DNA of 64,000 nt from Eledone cirrhosa (Eukaryota), in contig OZ024742.1 in the NCBI GenBank assembly GCA_964016885.1, forward strand, positions 143,530,001-143,594,000. Direction: 5' to 3'. This document shows, one piece after another, positions 59,763 to 64,000 of the stretch. Numbering within the stretch: the stretch's first letter is position 1; each line of letters opens with the position of its first letter. The notes under the pieces are model-generated. The model was not told where the DNA came from and searched no databases. It saw only the letters and a list, made by a program, of their open reading frames with translations. Both the position numbers and the translations under genes were made by a program.

Positions 59763-61073
59763 TTGTCAACCATTGAAAAGAACACGGAGAGTGTATTTAA
59801 CAGCACTAGGGTTAGAGCCCCTAACTACATTGTCAGAGAGCAGTCTGGTCGTTATGACTTTGCTGGCTTAGAGCCACAGGGAGGGCCAGTGGATGATGGA
59901 TCAGCTGTCTCTGAGACAAATATAAAGAATGCAGTTTTGTCTTGCAGAAGAGCCATCAAAATGGGCACTTTGAATGTGAGGACTATTCGGACGCTGGAGA
60001 AGAGAGAGGAGTTGGGTCATCTGTTTGAAGAGAGTGGTATGCAGATACTTGCGATCCAAGAACACAGGATCCTGCACGATGAGCCCGTGAGGAGTGTGAT
60101 GATTGGGAAGAGGAGCCAGCTCATCACCACATCAGCAGTGAAGAACATGACCAATGCTGCAGTAGGAGGAGTGGGTTTTGTTTTCAGCACAAAAACCAAT
60201 ATATTAGTGATGGAAATAATACCTGTCTCCCTGCGAGTGTTGAGGGTGACCTTCAATGGAAACCCAAGACTGACAGTCATCTCAGCCTATAGTCCAACCG
60301 AGGGAGATAGTGATGTGAGTGCGGAAGAGTTCTATGAGGAGGTGTGTAGAGCTGTCAACACCACACCAGCTCACAACATCCTGCTTGTTCTGGGGGACTT
60401 CAATGCACATCTGAGTAAGGAGAGTGAAGATCCTTGCTGGTACTTCCATAACAATACCAACCAAAATGGAAGCCCACTGAGAGACACCCTGCTGGAGGCG
60501 AACTTGATAGCAACCAACCTAAAGTTTAGGAAGAATCATGGGAAGATGTGGACCTACATCTCAGATATGCACCTGTCCAAGTCCCAGATTGATTTCATTC
60601 TGGTGAGGAAAAAGTGGCGGAATAGTGTTCTGAACGCAGAACCATACAACTATTTCAGTACACTGGGCAGTGACCACCGGCTTGTTATGAGTGAGGTCCG
60701 GGTGAGCTTAAGAAAGAGCAAGGCTCAGCCCCGGAGAGCAATCTATGACTGGGAGAGGTTCACAGTAGAAGTGAGGAACAGGTTCAGTGCTCTGTGTGGA
60801 GAGACAGAGGAGAGACAGATTGGAGGGACTGGGGAGAGTGTGACGAGGAGGTACGGGCACTTCACCAATGCAGTGGCGGAAGCAAGTGAAACCCTGGTGC
60901 CGAGGAGAAAGAACAAAAGGAAGCACGTCAGCTCTGCAGACCCAAAAGTGTGTGCAGCCAGAGAACACCTGAAAGCTGCCAAGGACCAATTCTATGCTGA
61001 TCCTACGGAGGAGTGGAAGGATAATGTGGAGGTGAATGTACCGCTTACTCTGAGGCCAGAGAGCAGGCACTGA
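59763..61073 (+). CDS. LINE apurinic-like (APE/EEP) endonuclease domain
   Basis: TLNVRT, LAIQEH, GGVG, ISAYSPT, LGDFNAH, SQIDFIL, SDHRLV. Confidence 0.92.
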   Translation: MSTIEKNTESVFNSTRVRAPNYIVREQSGRYDFAGLEPQGGPVDDGSAVSETNIKNAVLSCRRAIKMGTLNVRTIRTLEKREELGHLFEESGMQILAIQEHRILHDEPVRSVMIGKRSQLITTSAVKNMTNAAVGGVGFVFSTKTNILVMEIIPVSLRVLRVTFNGNPRLTVISAYSPTEGDSDVSAEEFYEEVCRAVNTTPAHNILLVLGDFNAHLSKESEDPCWYFHNNTNQNGSPLRDTLLEANLIATNLKFRKNHGKMWTYISDMHLSKSQIDFILVRKKWRNSVLNAEPYNYFSTLGSDHRLVMSEVRVSLRKSKAQPRRAIYDWERFTVEVRNRFSALCGETEERQIGGTGESVTRRYGHFTNAVAEASETLVPRRKNKRKHVSSADPKVCAAREHLKAAKDQFYADPTEEWKDNVEVNVPLTLRPESRH

Positions 61074-61693
61074 TAGAGAAGATCAGAAGTGTGGAGAGAG
61101 CGGTTGGCAGGTCTGGATGTAAAGAGAGCTGGATGATCATCAACGAGATCACAGGGAGGAAGAGAAGGTGTTCGAGCCAGATCCAAGGAACAGGGTCCGA
61201 GGTCAGGAAGGGGAAATGGCTGGACCATATATATACATATAGTTGATAAATAAAACGAAACAAATACAGGGTCACAAAAATATAAAGTCATATTAAGTTC
61301 ATGTTAAGTGGTGGTGGTGGTGGAGGAGGGTTCTGCGTTTCGGACGGAAGTCCTTCATATGGAGAGAACAGGTAGGTACATGAAAGTAGTGTGTGAAAGT
61401 TAAGAAAATGGTGTTAGGAAGAGATTGATATGTTGGTGGGAGGCGAGAAGTCCGGCATTTGGGAGTTGGGGCCGAAGTGGAGGGTCTAGGTGTGTCATGG
61501 GTGTGGTTGTGTGTGTACAGAATGGATCACATTGGTAAGTTTGCATTATTGTTTCAGTCTGTGTATGTGTAAACACGTGGGTGTCTTGGAATCTTATTTT
61601 GTTGGTGTGTGCACACTAGTGTGTGTGTATATGTCTGTGAGTTCTTTGTCTATACACATACACTCACACATACTCACACACATACACAAGTTT

Positions 61694-61724
<31 letters not shown>

Positions 61725-63227
61725 AAGAAGAAGAAGAAGAAGAAGAAGAAGAAGAAGACAAAAAAAGTGATGAGGGTTATTAAAATATAGGGGGTGGAGG
61801 AGACGGAGAGAATAAGCAACCACTGCTTCCATGGGAGCACATCCCGAATACTAACTCTCGCAACTGGCCAACTACAATTATGCTTCCTCTGTCCACCACT
61901 TCCAACAGATGTACTAATCATCCATACAACAGATTTACTGATCATCACATCCACTCTATCCATTTGAACCTCTACTCCCTTCTCACTTTATCCAGACTGA
62001 AAGTGTTGGGTTTTAATTTAGTCAAAGATTAGAGAAAAAAATTCTAGATACGAAACTTCTCATTTAGAAGCACTTTGATAGTGCTGGTGGTGTTAGTGAT
62101 GTTAATATTTGTTAATGCATCCTTTCCATTCCACTTGTCACTGAAGAAACCAGCACTAGAATGTGGTGAAGCACTTTTATATTTTTATCTCATAATTTCT
62201 TCCCTCGACTGCGTCCTGCAGACAAAATGGCGATGGTATTGCCACGTGGATTAGTCAGCGACACCCATTACAACAACCACTACGCCACAAGGGGCTCCTT
62301 CTTTAAGCAGGCTGCTGGTTTTTCCGATTTTGCAAAGGAAAATGGCAGTTCGGAGACCTAGGACACTTAAAGTCTCGACAGGAACCGACGTGTAAAGGAA
62401 GCGGTCTACCAAACCTCGTTAGTTGGTAATTTTCCTCTCCTCTGCTCTATGTGACTGAAATACTGTGGTCAATATGATCTGTTAAAACATTCCAGCCAGC
62501 ATTGTTGCAGACCAATGATTGAAACCAGTAAAAGAGAAATGGTGATTAATCTAATTGCTGGAAAGTATTTAGTCCGGCATTCTATTATTTCCACTACTCG
62601 ACCGGCCAACTGTGCGCTTTAATATAATAAAGCATAGTACTTATAATATAACTTATAGGGTTAACTTGTTTAAAGTATATTAAGCTTGAAAATCACGTAA
62701 CTCTACGTGTATATATGTATATGAGTATTATGTGTGTGTACAAGTTCATGTTTTTGTGTGCGTGCGCGCGTGTGATGTGAATTGTCATACGGAATACCAC
62801 AGTCAAATATAGATTGGCTGGCTGCGAGTCTACTTCTAAACCTTGCAAGATCAAGAAATATAATTCTAACTAATATCAGTATACACTCTAATAAGCGCAA
62901 TTATCTTGCTATACATCAAGAGAACACAATCTTCTGAAGTTTTCAATCGAACAGTTGCTTAACTTAGGGATAAATTGCTGACTTACACGGCATTTGGATA
63001 GTGGAAATGCTTATTCAATTACTATATTGGGTTTCAGGAAACGAAGAGTTTAAATTAGATAACTTTTTGTAACACGTCTGCCTATTTTCTCACAACGAAT
63101 GAATCTGGTTCGCTTCATAGCATTTCTTAATTTAAACCTTATATGATATATACATAAAATATGTGCGCACACAGTTGTGAGTTTGAGTATGTATGTATGT
63201 ATGTATGTATGTATGTATGTATGTATG

Positions 63228-63780
63228 TGGTCGGGTCGTTGGCGACTAAACTGGCAACCCCACCAAGGTTTCTTGGTGAGGAGGGTGACTTTGGACATCC
63301 TGCAGGACTAAAAACAAAACCTGTCAAAGGGCAAAGGAGCTCTTAAGAGTCAATGGCCATCCAAAATCACCGGGAGAGATGACCCCTTAGCCTTTGTCAA
63401 GGCAGAATTCTAGGAGAAGGAAAACTCTGATATAACACCTGCAACCCTGATGGTATCCAATGATGTTGACTTGTTCTTCTTTTTGGTAAATATCATCTTG
63501 GTTAAGAGAGTGGGACTGGCTTTGTGCAGTGCCTTTGCTCACTATAAAAGCTTCACGGCACAGGCATTGCTTTATATCTGGAGATCTCTCTGCACTTGTC
63601 GTCACATGGTACCATGGGCCCAGCACTATGTGTCAGTAATTGTCACAAGTGTAGTGTTTGTACCAGAGTTTTCAAGTCGCTGGCTGGACTAAAAAGTCAC
63701 ACTCGTTCAGCGCATCGGTAGGGGTTCTCCTACATGGATATAAAGTAGTGGCCGTACTCGAAAACGAGTTGGCAGCCACC
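63228..63780 (+). mobile_element. ~550-bp non-coding retroposon embedded in (ATGT)n
   Basis: Near-identical to 13935-14481. Confidence 0.8.
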
Positions 63781-63816
63781 ATGTATGTATGTATGTATGT
63801 ATGTATGTATGTATGT

Positions 63817-64000
63817 AGGGCAAAGGAGCTCTTAAGAGTCAATGGCCGTCCAAAATCACCGGGAGAGATGACCCCTTAGCCTTTGTCAAGGCAGAATTCT
63901 AGGAGAAGGAAAACTCTGATATAACACCTGCAACTCTGATGGTATCCAATGATGTTGACTTGTTCTTCTTTTTGGTAAATATCATCTTGGTTAAGAGAGT
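63817..64000 (+). mobile_element. 5'-truncated tandem copy of the ~550-bp retroposon (runs off the window)
   Basis: Repeats ~63328-63510 after an (ATGT)n spacer. Confidence 0.8.

Larger units (their letters stand above)
57945..61228. mobile_element. Near full-length RTE-type LINE with inverted 5' half
   Basis: RT half on the - strand (57960-59577), 5' UTR + APE half on the + strand (59578-61228). A 25-bp sequence is shared at both breakpoints. Confidence 0.88.

Overview
AT-rich, microsatellite-dense eukaryotic DNA. The repeat make-up suggests an invertebrate, probably a cephalopod/octopus genome (inference). No convincing host protein-coding gene is present, and most listed ORFs are translations of (TA)n, (CA)n and (ATGT)n repeats. 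The window is a mosaic of mobile DNA: three restriction-like-endonuclease (R4/Dong-type) LINE fragments plus a short stub, two RTE-type LINEs (one near full length with its 5' half inverted), and an inverted pair of Penelope-like (RT + GIY-YIG) fragments. It also holds tRNA-derived SINEs, a young ~550-bp non-coding retroposon that sits in (ATGT)n, and hAT/pogo/mariner/Helitron-type remnants. The main hidden signal, read by eye, is about a dozen hammerhead-ribozyme motifs (CUGANGA...GAAA...UH) from sequence-unrelated families. Most sit in short non-coding cassettes in or near (TA)n tracts, often folded back into palindromes. Several have non-canonical cores (U10.1-U11.1, compensatory U3-A8) and palindromic stem III, which suggests dimeric cleavage. 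All ribozyme calls come from manual base-pairing and are untested.
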